A stretch of 64,000 bases of DNA from an uncultured Chloroflexia bacterium (GCA_963753125.1 CAVWAU010000003.1:12128-76127); one strand, 5' to 3'. Shown: positions 1 through 10,368, counted from the first letter of the stretch. The notes: a model not told the origin generated them from the sequence alone. Program-made: numbers and translations.

Positions 1-1
1 C

Positions 2-1900
2 CTGCGCCAGATGCAGACCCGCTACCCGCCGTTCGTGACCACGCTGCGCGACGCGGACGTGACGACCCTGCAGACCGGCCTCCTCGGCCTGCTCAACGGC
101 TACTCGGCCGAGCGACGGACGGCCGAGGCGGTGCTCGTCACCGCGTCACTTGGTCCCGCCGCCGTGGCCACCGCCGCGGTGGCGCTCATTGCCCTGCTGA
201 TGGTCCACCGGCGGCGTCGCGCGGTCACGCTCGTCCGCGGCCGCGGCGCATCGGTCGGCCAGCTGCTTGGCTCGCACCTCCTCGAGGGGCTGCTCATCGC
301 GGTGCCTGCTTCGGCGATCGCGTACGTCGCCGCCACCACGCTGGTGGAGGGGCGAGCGTCGACCTGGAGCCCAGTACTCACCGCGATTGTTGCCGGTGGG
401 GCCGCGCTGGTGCTCATGCTCACGGTCCTGCGGCCGGCCACCGCTCCGCTGCGCGAGGGTGAGCGCGAGGTGTCGACGGCCGGCCGTCTGAGCCCTCGCC
501 GGCTCACCTTCGAGGCGTTCGTCATCCTGCTCGCCGGCGGGGGCGCTCTCCTGCTTCGCCAGCGCGGCATCGCCGGCGGCAGCGCTGCCGGGGAGCTGGC
601 CGGCGTCGACCCGCTGCTGGCGGCCGTGCCGGTGCTCATCGGTCTCGCGGTCGGTCTGCTGACCGTGCGCCTCTATCCGCTCCCGCTGCAGGCGGCAGGC
701 TGGTTCGCGGACGGCTGGCGCGGGATGGTGCCGGCCTTCGGGCTGAGGCGCGCGGCCCGGACGGGGGACGTTGGCAGCCTGCCGCTCATCGTGCTGCTGG
801 TGACCGTCGCCATCGGCGCGTTCAGCTCCACCATCTTCGTCACCGTCGAGCGCGGCCAGTCCGCGGCCGCCTGGCAGGAGGTCGGCGCCGACCTGGCCAT
901 CACGCCGGGAACGCGCCCGTTCCCGCCGGACTTCGACGCCACGACGCTGCCCGGCGTGGAGGCCGCGGCACGCACCCACGTCGAGACGGCGGTGCTCGGT
1001 GGCCGAGGCGGTGCGCGCGTCCAGATGAATGCGCTGGACACGCCGGCCTACGCGGAGGTGACGGCCGGCACCGAAGCGGACCCGGGACTGCCGCGTTCGA
1101 TGCGCGAGCCACCGATTCCCGACGAGCCGATCCCGGCGATCCTCTCCGCGAGCGTGGCGCGGGGCGGATCCCGGCCGATCCGCGTCAACGACGAGGTCGA
1201 GATGCTCGTCTCGGCTCGGACGGTCACGCTGCGGGTGGTCGCGATTCGCTCGAGCTTCCCGGGCATCGACTTCGGGGCTGCCTGGCTGGTGGTGCCGCTC
1301 GAGACGCTCCGGGCCGCCACCGGCGATCGCGTCTTCGCGGCCAGCGAGATGTTCCTGCGGGCTCCGGGGGCGACGGCTGCCTCGGTCCAGGCGGCGATGG
1401 ACGAGGTGCTGCCGGCCACCCAGGTCACGGGCCGGAGCGAGGTGCTCGAGGCTTTGCGCGCCGGTCCGCTGGTGCGGGGCGTGGGAACCGGTTTCGTGCT
1501 CGCGGTGGCGATCGCGATCGTCTATGCGGCGCTGGCGACGACGGCCGCGCTGGTCCTGCTCGCGGCGGTGAGGAGCCGAGAGACCGCGCACCTGCGCACC
1601 CTCGGAATGACGCCTCGTGGTCTGCTGGGGCTGTCAGTCGTCGAGCACGGGCCGGCCGTGGTCGTGGCGACGGCGATCGGCGTGGTGTTGGGCGTGGGCG
1701 TCGCATGGTTCGTGGCGCCCGGGCTGGACCTGGCGGGCCTCATCGGCTCGTCGATCGACGTCGCGCTCGTCGTCGACTGGGAGGTAGTTGGCCTGCTCCT
1801 GCTGGCACTGGTGATGGTGCTGGCGGTCGGGATCGCACTCTCAAGCTGGATCGGGCGCCGCGCCAGCCTGGCGGGCTCCACGCGACAGGGAATCGAATGA
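2..1900 (+). CDS. ABC transporter permease, FtsX/MacB-type, 5' end cut by window edge
   Basis: ORF 11..1900 stays open back to base 2. Hydrophobic helix clusters lie at both ends (AVATAAVALIALLMV, LLIAVPASAIAYVAATTLV; C-terminal GFVLAVAIAIVYAALATTAALVLLAAV, VVVATAIGVVLGVGVAWFV, LLLLALVMVLAVGIAL) around a soluble insert of about 250 aa, which is the FtsX-domain layout. Two ABC ATPase genes follow directly. Confidence 0.75.
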   Translation: MRQMQTRYPPFVTTLRDADVTTLQTGLLGLLNGYSAERRTAEAVLVTASLGPAAVATAAVALIALLMVHRRRRAVTLVRGRGASVGQLLGSHLLEGLLIAVPASAIAYVAATTLVEGRASTWSPVLTAIVAGGAALVLMLTVLRPATAPLREGEREVSTAGRLSPRRLTFEAFVILLAGGGALLLRQRGIAGGSAAGELAGVDPLLAAVPVLIGLAVGLLTVRLYPLPLQAAGWFADGWRGMVPAFGLRRAARTGDVGSLPLIVLLVTVAIGAFSSTIFVTVERGQSAAAWQEVGADLAITPGTRPFPPDFDATTLPGVEAAARTHVETAVLGGRGGARVQMNALDTPAYAEVTAGTEADPGLPRSMREPPIPDEPIPAILSASVARGGSRPIRVNDEVEMLVSARTVTLRVVAIRSSFPGIDFGAAWLVVPLETLRAATGDRVFAASEMFLRAPGATAASVQAAMDEVLPATQVTGRSEVLEALRAGPLVRGVGTGFVLAVAIAIVYAALATTAALVLLAAVRSRETAHLRTLGMTPRGLLGLSVVEHGPAVVVATAIGVVLGVGVAWFVAPGLDLAGLIGSSIDVALVVDWEVVGLLLLALVMVLAVGIALSSWIGRRASLAGSTRQGIE

Positions 1901-1918
1901 GTCTGCGAGGATGAGCAG

Positions 1919-2917
1919 GTGAGCGGACCGATGCGCGACCGAAACGCGGAGATCGTCGACCTGCCTGCCGGCGCGGCGCCCGTCGAGGCCGGGCCGGCCT
2001 TTGCGCCGCGCGGCCCGCGCCGCCGCCTGTTCGGCGAGGGCGCGCAGATCGCCTGCGACAACCTCGTCAAGATCTACAAGGTCGCGGACCTCGAGGTGGT
2101 GGCCCTCCAGGGGCTCGACCTGCTGGTCGATCCGGGGCGAGATGATCGCCATCGTCGGTGCCTCGGGCTCGGGGAAGTCGACGCTGCTGAGCATCCTCGG
2201 CGGCCTCGACGTGCCGTCGGCCGGGCGCGCCACGGTTGCCGGCCACGACCTCACCGCCATGGGTCGCCGCGAGCGGACAATCTACCGGCGTCGCGTGATC
2301 GGCTTCGTCTGGCAGCAGACCGCACGCAACCTGCTGCCGTATCTGTCGGCGGCCGAGAACGTGGAGCTGCCGATGATCCTGGACGGTGCGACGGGCTCGC
2401 TGCGCCGGCGCACCGCCCTCGAGCTGCTGGACACAGTCGGTCTCGCCGATCGGGCAGGGCATCGCCCGGAGCGGCTGAGTGGCGGCGAGCAGCAGCGCGT
2501 GGCAATCGCCGTCGCCCTGGCGAACGGGCCCGAGGTCCTGCTCGCGGACGAGCCGACCGGCGAGCTCGACACCGATACGAGCGCCGAGATCTTCGACCTG
2601 CTGCGGCGCATGAACCGCGAGCTCGGCACGACGATCGTGATCGTGACCCACGACCCGCTCGTCAGCGAGCAGGTGCAGCGCACGGTTGCCATCCGCGACG
2701 GGCGCACCTCGTCCGAGACCCTGCGCCGCTCCTCGCTCTCCGATGATGGCGACCACCAGGTGATCGCTGAGGAGTTCGCGGTCCTCGACCGGGCCGGTCG
2801 GCTGCAGCTGCCGCGAGCCCACGTCGAGGCGCTCGAGCTCGAGCGCCGCGTCCGGCTCCGGCTGGAGCCGGATCACATCGGCGTTTGGCCGGACGCCCAG
2901 GAGGAGAAGACCGATGA
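1919..2917 (+). CDS. ABC transporter ATP-binding protein (MacB/LolD-like), frameshifted as sequenced
   Basis: IACDNLVKIYKV..LQGLDLLVDPG in the ORF 1919 frame continues in the ORF 2001 frame as GEMIAIVGASGSGKSTLL (Walker A), LSGGEQQRVAIA (signature), LLADEPTGELD (Walker B) and IVTHD. The switch is at the GGGG run 2134-2137. The 3' end is unresolved: that frame has no stop before 3149, and the TGA at 2915-2917 overlapping the next ATG would need one more shift. Confidence 0.8.
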
Positions 2918-3642
2918 CCGAGCGCTTCGCCGCGGACCGTGGCGGCGCGATGGTCGTTGCCGAGGGCCTCACCCGCGACTACCCGTCCGGGGACGGCGTC
3001 GTCCACGCCCTGCGCGGCATCGACCTGCGCGTCGAGCGCGGACAGCTCGTCGCCGTTCGCGGGCGCTCCGGGTCCGGGAAGACGACCCTCCTGAACCTGC
3101 TCGGCGGGCTCGACCGCCCGACGACCGGGCGCGTGACGGTGGATGGTGATGAGGTCAGCGCGATGAGCGAGTCGCAGCTGGTCGCGTTCCGGCGGGGCAC
3201 GGTCGCGTTCATCTTCCAGGCGTTCGGGCTGCTCCCCATCCTGTCCGCGGCCGAGAACGTCGAGGTGCCGCTGCGCCTGGTGCGTGCCGATCCTCGTGCC
3301 CGTGACGCCCGGGTGGACGAGCTCCTGGAGCTCGTGGGACTTGGGCCGCGCGCGGGCCATCGGCCCTACGAGCTGTCGGGTGGCGAGCAGCAGCGGGTCG
3401 CGATCGCCCGCGCACTGGCGAACCGGCCGAAGCTGCTGCTTGCCGATGAGCCGACCGGGCAGCTCGACTCGCACACCGGGCACGCCATCATGGAGCTCCT
3501 GCGCACCGTCGTGCGCACCGAGGGAGTGACGGCCGTAGTCGCCACCCACGATCCCGCGCTCCTCGACCTCGCGGACAGGGTCGTCGAGATCCACGACGGG
3601 ATGCTCGTCGAAGGCGACGCTGATCGCGCGCTGAATCGCTGA
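2914..3642 (+). CDS. ABC transporter ATP-binding protein
   Basis: Intact 242-aa ORF with GGAGGAG 6-8 nt upstream. Motifs: Walker A GRSGSGKTTLL, signature LSGGEQQRVAIA, Walker B LLLADEPTGQLD, H-loop ATHD. Confidence 0.9.
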   Translation: MTERFAADRGGAMVVAEGLTRDYPSGDGVVHALRGIDLRVERGQLVAVRGRSGSGKTTLLNLLGGLDRPTTGRVTVDGDEVSAMSESQLVAFRRGTVAFIFQAFGLLPILSAAENVEVPLRLVRADPRARDARVDELLELVGLGPRAGHRPYELSGGEQQRVAIARALANRPKLLLADEPTGQLDSHTGHAIMELLRTVVRTEGVTAVVATHDPALLDLADRVVEIHDGMLVEGDADRALNR

Positions 3643-3773
3643 TATCATCCGACCAACGCCACCGAGCCCGCGGGCCTTGCCGTCTAGTGGCCACGGAATC
3701 GGTAGGCTATCGGCACTCGAGATCCTGTTGCGCAGACGCGTGCCCCGATCGGAACACGCACTCCAGGTGTCTC

Positions 3774-5002
3774 ATGCGAGTCCTGCTCATCGGCGTCGGC
3801 ACGGTGGGAGAGGCCATCGGCCGCCTCTCCTCGAAGGGCGACTGGTGCGAGGCCATGGTCCTCGCCGACTACGACGAATCTCGCGCCCGCACGTTGGCCG
3901 ATGCGCTCGGCGGCGCACCGCGCTTCACCGGTGTGCAGATCGACGCCCGCGACGCATCGGCCATCACGGAGCTGGCCCGCGCGCATCGGGCTGACCTCGT
4001 CATGAACGCGGTCGACCCGCAGTTCGTGATGCCCATCTTCCGCGGCGCGCTCGACGCCGACGCGAACTACATGGACATGGCCGTCAGCCTCTCGAAGCCG
4101 CATCCCGAGCGACCGTTCAGCGAGCCGGGCGTGAAGCTCGGCGACGAGCAGTTCGCGCTTGCCGCCGAGTGGGAGTCGCGCGGCCGGCTCGCCCTGGTGG
4201 GGATGGGGATGGATCCCGGCCTGACCGACGTCTTCGCCGCCCACGCCGCGAAGCACGACTTCGACGAGGTCCACGAGGTGCACATCCGCGACGGCGGCGA
4301 CCTCGAGATTCCCGGGTTCGCCTTCGCGCCGGTGTTCAGCATCTGGACCACGATCGAGGAATGCCTCAACCCGCCGATCGTCTGGGAGGACGGCGACTGG
4401 CACACCACCGAGCCGTTCAGCGCCCCCGAGTCATTTCCGTTCCCGGAGGGCATCGGTCCGGTCGAATGCGTCAACGTCGAGCACGAGGAGGTGCTGCTCA
4501 TCCCGCGCTGGCTGCCAGACGCGCAAGGCGACCTTCAAGTACGCGCTCGGCGCGGACTTCATCGACAAGCTCAAGACGATCCACGCGCTCGGCATGGACC
4601 GCACCGACAAGGTCAGCGTGAAGGGCGTCGACGTCGCTCCCCGCGACGTGTTGGCAGCCATCACGCCCGACCCCATCAGCCTCGGCGACAAGTTCCGTGG
4701 CCGGGCCGTCGTCGGCACCTGGGTGCTCGGCATCAAGGATGGGAAGCCGCGCGAGACGTTCGCCTACCAGATGGCCGACGCGGAGGAGACCTGGCGCCGA
4801 TACGGCCTCCAGGTCGTCGGCTGGCAGACCGGCTTCAACCCGGTGATGGCCATGGAGCTGCTGGCGGAGGGCGCCTGGACCGGCGCGGGGGTGCTGGGAC
4901 CCGAGGCGTTCGACCCCGATCCGTACCTCGTCGCTGCTCGACCGCCACGGCATCCACCACGCCAAGGTCGAGATGGAGCCCGGAGCGCACCGCCCGACCT
5001 GA
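3774..5002 (+). CDS. saccharopine dehydrogenase / homospermidine-synthase-like NAD(P) oxidoreductase, frameshifted as sequenced
   Basis: Rossmann-type start MRVLLIGVGTVGEAIG. The family call is from my recognition of the body (GMDPGLTDVF, VNVEHEEVLLIPRWL). It needs three frames: 3774 to ~4515, then ATFKYALGADFIDKLKTIHALGMDRTDKVSVKG... to ~4930, then LLDRHGIHHAKVEMEPGAHRPT with stop at 5000-5002. Confidence 0.7.
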
Positions 5003-5010
5003 GCGCCGGG

Positions 5011-5328
5011 TTACTCGACCGGCGCGATGCGCTCGATTGTCGCGTCGAGCCGGGCCCGGATCTCGAGAAGCTCGCGCAGGGCCTCGCTCGCCCATGCGGG
5101 GTCGTCGTCGGGCGGCGGCGAGATCGGCTGCTGGAGCGCCCGGAGCTGGAACGGGTAGTGGGTGAGGTGGCTCTCGATCTCCGCCCGCCAGGCCGCGATC
5201 TGCGAGCCCCAGTACGCCTGGGAATCGGGTGCGGTCATCTGGTCGGCGCGCAGGCGCCGTTCGAGATCGACTCCGGCACGCCGGAGTCCCGCGAGCTGGG
5301 CAGCGACCTCGCGATCGGGCACGCGCAC
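5011..5328 (-). CDS. hypothetical protein (105 aa)
   Basis: Intact ORF with non-shadow-like composition (YWGSQIAAWRAEIESHLTHYPFQLRALQQ). It is convergent with the upstream gene. No family recognised. Confidence 0.45.
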   Translation of the reverse strand: MRVPDREVAAQLAGLRRAGVDLERRLRADQMTAPDSQAYWGSQIAAWRAEIESHLTHYPFQLRALQQPISPPPDDDPAWASEALRELLEIRARLDATIERIAPVE

Positions 5329-5411
5329 ATCTTACTGATGAGCGCGCGTGGGCAACGCCCTGGAGCGCCGCGTATGCTGATCTGCCCACACGAACCGCAG
5401 GAGGCCGACCG

Positions 5412-5762
5412 ATGACCATCGAGACGCAGACGGAATTGAACAACGTGGCGAAGACCGCGTTGGACCAGACCCTCGACGCCATGGCGATCCGCCACGTCTT
5501 CGGTGAGCCGATCGATCGCGAAGGCGTGACCTACCTGCCCGCCGCCAAGGTGCGCGGCGGCGGGGGCGGGGGCGGCGACACCGAGGGCAACGGCGGGGCG
5601 GGATTCGGGGTCGCGTCGAAGCCGGCCGGCATGTTCGTCATCCGCGACGGCGACGCCGAGTGGCGGCCGGCCATCGACGTCAATCGCATCGTGATCGGCG
5701 GCCAGCTGGTCGCCATCGTCGCGCTCCTCGTCCTCCGCTCGGTGCTACGTCGGCGAGCCTGA
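5412..5762 (+). CDS. GerW/YtfJ-family protein (tentative)
   Basis: ATG at 5412 preceded by GGAGG. The layout is RHVFGEPIDREGVTYLPAAKV, then a Gly run GGGGGGGDTEGNGGAGFG, then PAGMFVIRDGDAEWRP and a C-terminal hydrophobic helix. I associate this layout with the YtfJ/GerW family. Confidence 0.55.
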   Translation: MTIETQTELNNVAKTALDQTLDAMAIRHVFGEPIDREGVTYLPAAKVRGGGGGGGDTEGNGGAGFGVASKPAGMFVIRDGDAEWRPAIDVNRIVIGGQLVAIVALLVLRSVLRRRA

Positions 5763-5805
5763 CGAAGTTTGACCGAACCTGGGGCCGGCACTACCATTGA
5801 GCGGT

Positions 5806-5880
<75 letters not shown>

Positions 5881-5896
5881 GCTACCGCACGCAATC

Positions 5897-5918
5897 GAGC
5901 CCCGCTTCGGCGGGGCTC
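5897..5918 (+). terminator. stem-loop after tRNA-Met
   Basis: GAGCCCCGC-TTCG-GCGGGGCTC is a perfect 9-bp GC stem with a TTCG loop, followed by TTGCGTTG (a weak U tract). Confidence 0.5.
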
Positions 5919-5995
5919 TTGCGTTGTCTGGCGTTGGGTACAATGCGGCGGCCTACTCCGCCCCGAGCGAGCCCTCAGGAGGGTGAACGCGCCCG

Positions 5996-7474
5996 ATGAC
6001 GGTGAATCCGAAGAAGCTGAAGCCGTACGACACGCCCCCGAAGCGCCGTCGCTCGCTCATCCCCGAGGCTCCCGACAGCGCGGCAACCGGCTTCTTCGTG
6101 GCAGCGGCGCTGTGGCTGGCGCTCGCCACCGCCCTCGGCGTGCTCGCCATCGGGATGCGCCTCGTCCCCGTGTCGTTCAGGTTCGGCCTGGGTCTCTTCG
6201 ATCTCGCCCTCTCCTTCGACGTGCGACGCGTCGACTACGCCTTCGTGAATGCCACCGTCTACGGCTGGCTCACGAACGCGGGGTTCGCGGCCGTGGCCTT
6301 CATGACCCCGCGCCTGCTCGGCCGCCGGCTCGCCATGGAGAAGGGTCTGAACGGTGCTCTCGTCATCTGGAACCTCTCGCTGGCCGGCGGAATCGCGGCG
6401 CTCTACGTGTTCGACCTCGGACCCCACGCGCCCCTGACCGCCATCCCGTGGCTCATGGGCGGCGGCCTGGCGCTCGGCGCGCTGATCGTGACCGGCGCCT
6501 TCTTGGCGACCGTGGCGACCTCGCTGCGCGGCAGCTACGTCGGCCTCTGGTTCGCCGGCGTGGCGCTCCTGTCGCTGCTCGGCCTCGTGGGCCTGAACGC
6601 GGGGCTCGGCCTGCTCGACGTCTTTCTCGACATCCCTGAGCTGTGGATCGCGCTTGCCTCGGTCTATATCGAGCGCGCCATCAGCGTCATGTGGCTGCTC
6701 GGCATGGCCTACGCGACGCTCTACTACGTCGTGCCGCGCGGCACCGGCCAGCCACTGGCCTCGGCCGGGATCGGCATGCTCAGCTTCGTGACGTGGCTGG
6801 TGCTGGCGCCCGTCGCCGGGCTGACCGCCGTGGTCGACGTGAGCATCCCGTACGCCATCACCAGCGTCGGGATCGTGGCGACCATGCTCCTGCTCGTGCC
6901 GGCCGCACTCACCGCGGTGAACCTCGTGCAGACCATGCAGGGCCGCTGGACGCTCGTCTTCGGGACGGGCACCGCCGCCTTCGCCATCGTCGCGGTGGCC
7001 TTCCTGTTCGCCGCCAGCCTGCTCGACGCGATCGGGGCGCTACGCGTCGTCGACCAGCTCGTTGCGGGGACCGGTTGGGAGCGCGGCGCATTCCTGTGGG
7101 CTGTCTACGGCACGTTCACGTTCGCCGCCTTCGCGCTCGCCGAGCACGCCCTGCCTCGCATGCTGCGCAGGGCATGGGGCGGCGGCATCCTATCCGGCGC
7201 CCAGCTGTGGCTGACGTTTGGCGGCGTGACCGTCGCCGGCCTGGCGCTGATGGGAGGCGGGTTGGCCGAGGGGTCGCTCCTGGCTGCAGGGGCCGCGCCG
7301 GATGCGGTCGATGAGGCGCTCATGATCTACCGCGCCATCGCATTCCTGGGCTTCGGCATGGTGGCCCTGGCGGGCCTTGCGTTCCTGGTGAACCTGTTCC
7401 TGATGTACACCAGCGGCGAGCGGATCGACTATGTCGTGCCCGGGCAGCCGGCCGCCGCGGCGGCAGGACACTGA
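5996..7474 (+). CDS. polytopic membrane protein, distant heme-copper oxidase subunit I (CcoN-like) lacking most His ligands
   Basis: Intact 492-aa ORF with about 12 hydrophobic helices. The segment MWLLGMAYATLYYVVPRGTGQPL resembles the CcoN 'GMMYYFVPK' helix. There are only 3 His in the whole protein (GPHAP, AEHALP, C-terminal GH). A cytochrome c gene follows 4 nt downstream. Confidence 0.5.
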   Translation: MTVNPKKLKPYDTPPKRRRSLIPEAPDSAATGFFVAAALWLALATALGVLAIGMRLVPVSFRFGLGLFDLALSFDVRRVDYAFVNATVYGWLTNAGFAAVAFMTPRLLGRRLAMEKGLNGALVIWNLSLAGGIAALYVFDLGPHAPLTAIPWLMGGGLALGALIVTGAFLATVATSLRGSYVGLWFAGVALLSLLGLVGLNAGLGLLDVFLDIPELWIALASVYIERAISVMWLLGMAYATLYYVVPRGTGQPLASAGIGMLSFVTWLVLAPVAGLTAVVDVSIPYAITSVGIVATMLLLVPAALTAVNLVQTMQGRWTLVFGTGTAAFAIVAVAFLFAASLLDAIGALRVVDQLVAGTGWERGAFLWAVYGTFTFAAFALAEHALPRMLRRAWGGGILSGAQLWLTFGGVTVAGLALMGGGLAEGSLLAAGAAPDAVDEALMIYRAIAFLGFGMVALAGLAFLVNLFLMYTSGERIDYVVPGQPAAAAAGH

Positions 7475-7478
7475 GCCG

Positions 7479-7959
7479 ATGACGGTCCACACGCCGATCG
7501 AAGCGCGCTCGGGGGGTCTGCCACCGTGGGCGATCGGGCTCACCGTCTTCGTCTTCCTGGTCGGCGGCGTCTACCTTGCCTCGAACCTGGTCGGCCAGAA
7601 TCCGGCGCTCGCCATCCCCGGCGCAAGCGCCCCGGTGGCCTCGGGTCGGTGGCGGGCCCGATCCGGCGGTCGGCGAGACGCTCATCGAGCAGGCCCAGCC
7701 ATCATGCGCCACCTGCCATGGTCCGGATCTGGCCGGACAGGCTGACTTCCCGAGCCTGCACGGCGTCGCCGATGGGCCGAAGAGCGAGAACCTCCAGGAT
7801 CTTGCCGCGGCACACCCGGACGATTGGATCCACCTCTGGATCGACGGCACCACGCCGGAGACCGAGGGCATCGACCGCGGCGGCATGCCGGCCTTCGGCG
7901 ATCAGTTCTCGCCCGAACAGATCGACTCCATCGTCGCCTACCTGAAGACGCTGCCCTAG
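7479..7959 (+). CDS. membrane-anchored class I c-type cytochrome, frameshifted as sequenced
   Basis: ATG 7479 gives MTVHTPIEARSGGLPPWAIGLTVFVFLVGGVYLASNLV (a TM anchor) in the ORF 7431 frame. After a shift near 7650 the ORF 7576 frame carries the heme motif CATCH and a distal Met in GGMPAFG, ending AYLKTLP. Confidence 0.75.
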
Positions 7960-7962
7960 CCG

Positions 7963-8874
7963 GTGACCGATCCGGCCGCGCGCGCGGAGCGCGGCGTTCC
8001 CGTGCTCATCGGCGCCGATGAGATGGCGCGCATCGACGAGGCGGCGCAGAAGCTGGGCCTCACCGAGGACGCGCTGATGGAATCCGCCGGCGCCGCCGTC
8101 GCCGAGGTGGCGCAGGCCGAGCTCGGCGCGGCTGGCCGAGGGCGTCCGCGGACCGGGCGGCCCGTTGGTGCGGCCACCGCTGGTGGTGGTGCTGTGCGGG
8201 CCGGGCAACAACGGTGGCGACGGCTTCGTGGTCGCTCGCCGGCTGGCGGCCGTCGGTCGGGCCGTGCTGGCCATCCTGGTCGCCGATGCCTCCAAGCTCG
8301 CCGGTCGCGCCGCGGCCACAACTGGACGGTGCTCCAGGCGATGGCCTCGGCCGGGTCGCTCGAGCTGTTCGTCGCCCCAACGCCCGAGCTCCTGTTGCGC
8401 CTGCGCGAGCGGATCGCTGAGGGCACGCTCATCGTCGACGCGCTGCTCGGCTCCGGCGCCTCCGGCCCCCTGCGCGAGCCGGTCTCGACCGCCGTCGACC
8501 TCGTCAACGCCACCCGCAGCCACGCGCTTGCGGCCGGCCGGCCGTGCGCGGTGCTGGCCGTCGACACCCCGACGCGGGTCGATCTCACCGGCGGGGCGCG
8601 ATCCACGCCGGTGGTGACCGCCGACGTCACGGTCACCTTCCACCGCGCGAAGGCCGGATTCGCGCTCGACCGCGAGGCGCGGCGACTTGCCGGCCGCTAC
8701 CTCGTGGCGCCGATCGGCATTCCGCTCGAGGCGGAGGAGGGGATCGTGCCACCCGACGGGGAGTTTCCGCCGGGCCGGATCACTGAGATCAACTGGCAGG
8801 AGCCGGTCGAGCGCGCCGACGCGGCGCATCGGCCCGGAGGGGGGATCGCCGCCGGACCCGGCCGCACGGACTGA
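7963..8874 (+). CDS. nnrE: NAD(P)H-hydrate epimerase (YjeF N-terminal domain), frameshifted as sequenced
   Basis: MARIDEAAQKLGLTEDALMESAGAAVAE, then the hallmark LVVVLCGPGNNGGDGFVVARRL in the ORF 8165 frame, returning to the first frame for IVDALLGSGASGPLREP. Shifts lie near 8150 and 8320. Confidence 0.7.
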   Translation: MTDPAARAERGVPVLIGADEMARIDEAAQKLGLTEDALMESAGAAVAEVAQAELGAAGRGRPRTGRPVGAATAGGGAVRAGQQRWRRLRGRSPAGGRRSGRAGHPGRRCLQARRSRRGHNWTVLQAMASAGSLELFVAPTPELLLRLRERIAEGTLIVDALLGSGASGPLREPVSTAVDLVNATRSHALAAGRPCAVLAVDTPTRVDLTGGARSTPVVTADVTVTFHRAKAGFALDREARRLAGRYLVAPIGIPLEAEEGIVPPDGEFPPGRITEINWQEPVERADAAHRPGGGIAAGPGRTD

Positions 8875-8903
8875 CGGCGCCGCCCGGATGGCGTGACGGA
8901 ACC

Positions 8904-8918
8904 GTTAGCCCCGCTAAC
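8904..8918. other. perfect palindrome GTTAGC-CCC-GCTAAC between nnrE and tldD
   Basis: Read directly from the sequence, 10 nt upstream of the tldD ATG, in a locally AT-richer patch. It could be a hairpin or a dimer-binding site. There is no recognisable RBS between it and the ATG. Confidence 0.25.
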
Positions 8919-8927
8919 ATTTGGCAG

Positions 8928-10368
8928 ATGTTCGACTACGCCGAGGCCGCGGTGGAGGCGGCGCTGGGGGCCGGCGCTCGCTACGCCGACGCGCGCGTCA
9001 TGGATCGTCATCACGAATCGATGGGCGCCCGCAACGGCGAGGTCGAGGAGCTCAGCCAGGAAGCGTCGGTGGGGATCGGCGTGCGCGCGCTCATCGGCTC
9101 CGGCTGGGGGTTCTTCTCGACCGCCGACCTGACGCCGACATCGGCCAGGCAGGCGGGTGAGCGGGCGGCGGCAATCGCGCGCGCGTCCGCATCGGTGTCC
9201 GGGCCCGACCTGGAGCTGGCACCGATCGAGGTGCGCCAGGACAGCTGGGCCAACGAGGTCCGCGAGGACCCGCTGGCGGTGCCGCTGGCGGAGAAGGGCG
9301 ATCTCCTCGCCGACGCCACCCGAACGATGAAGGAGCACGGCGCGGACGTGGCGCTCGCCGGCTACGACGTGTGGGACACGACGAAGTGGCTCGTCAGCAG
9401 CGAGGGCCACCGGATCGACCAGCACATCGTTGAGTGCGGCGCGCAGATGAGCGCGACCGCCAACGGCGAGACCGAGACGCAGCGGCGCAGCTATCCGGGC
9501 ATCCGCGGCCAGTACGGCACGCGAGGCTGGGAGCTGGTTCGCGAGATCGACCTGGCCGGGCAACGCCGCCCGGATCGCGGAGGAGGCCCGCGCGCTGCTG
9601 AGCGCGCCGGCATGCCCCAGCCACGACGCGATCGACCTGATCATCGGCTCCGAGCAGATGGCGCTCCAGATCCACGAGTCGGTCGGCCATGCCGTGGAGC
9701 TCGACCGGATCCTCGGCTGGGAGGCCGCCTTCGCCGGTACCTCCTGGCTGGACCTGGCGCAGATCGGCAGCCTCCGCTTCGGGTCCGACCTGATGAACAT
9801 CACCGCCGATGCGACCCTGCCCGGCGCCCTGGGAAGCTTCGGGTACGACGACGAGGGCACACCGGCACATCCGGTCCAGATCGTTCGCGACGGGACGTGG
9901 GTCGGCGTCCTCTCCGGGCGCGACTCCGCCGCCCTCGCCGGCCTGCCCTCGGGCGGCGCGGTCCGCGGCGACGGCTACAACCGGCTGCCGATGGTGCGCA
10001 TGACGAACGTCGGCCTGCTGCCCGGCACCAGCAGCCTCGAGGAGATGATCGCCGCCACTGACGACGGGCTGCTGGTCGACACCAACCGCTCGTGGTCGAT
10101 CGACGACAAGCGCCTGAACTTCCAGTTCGGCTGCGAGATCGGCTGGGAGATCAAGAACGGCAAGCGCGGCCGCATGCTGAAGAACCCGACCTACACGGGA
10201 ATCGGCCCGCGCTTCTGGGGCTCGCTCGACATGCTCGGCAACGAGTCCGAGTGGACGTTCTGGGGGACGCCGAACTGCGGAAAGGGTCAGCCCGGCCAGA
10301 TCGGCCACACCGGGCACCCCTCGGTTCCGTGCCGATTCCGCGGCGTGCGGGTCGGAGTGACCGGATGA
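8928..10368 (+). CDS. tldD: TldD-family metalloprotease, frameshifted as sequenced
   Basis: The N-terminal half is in ORF 8928 and the C-terminal half in ORF 9658, with the shift near 9555. It has the zinc motif HESVGHAVELD and the conserved tail GTPNCGKGQPGQ..GHTGHP. Confidence 0.85.

Noticed and set aside
146-1591. Long antisense or off-frame ORFs listed in the track (for example 146..1591 -, 14182..15936 +, 16198..18492 +, 21922..23853 -, 57985..59754 -, 26686..28353 -).
   Set aside because: Their translations are Arg/Pro/Gly/Ala-rich and motif-free, and each is the mirror of a gene with clear family motifs on the other strand. These are typical shadow ORFs of GC-rich DNA, where stop codons are rare.
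1919-3642. Single fused double-ATPase ABC protein, because the first ATPase frame has no stop before the second gene.
   Set aside because: The second gene has its own GGAGGAG RBS and ATG. The read-through peptide (RALRRGPWRRDG...) is not ABC-like. The missing stop is more simply explained by an indel near 2900 restoring the ATGA overlap.
5330-5411. GTGGGCA ... TGCCCAC long-range inverted repeat with a TATGCT hexamer in the divergent intergenic region.
   Set aside because: It has only 7-bp arms separated by ~29 nt, and I cannot assess its significance without statistics. I noted it but did not call it.
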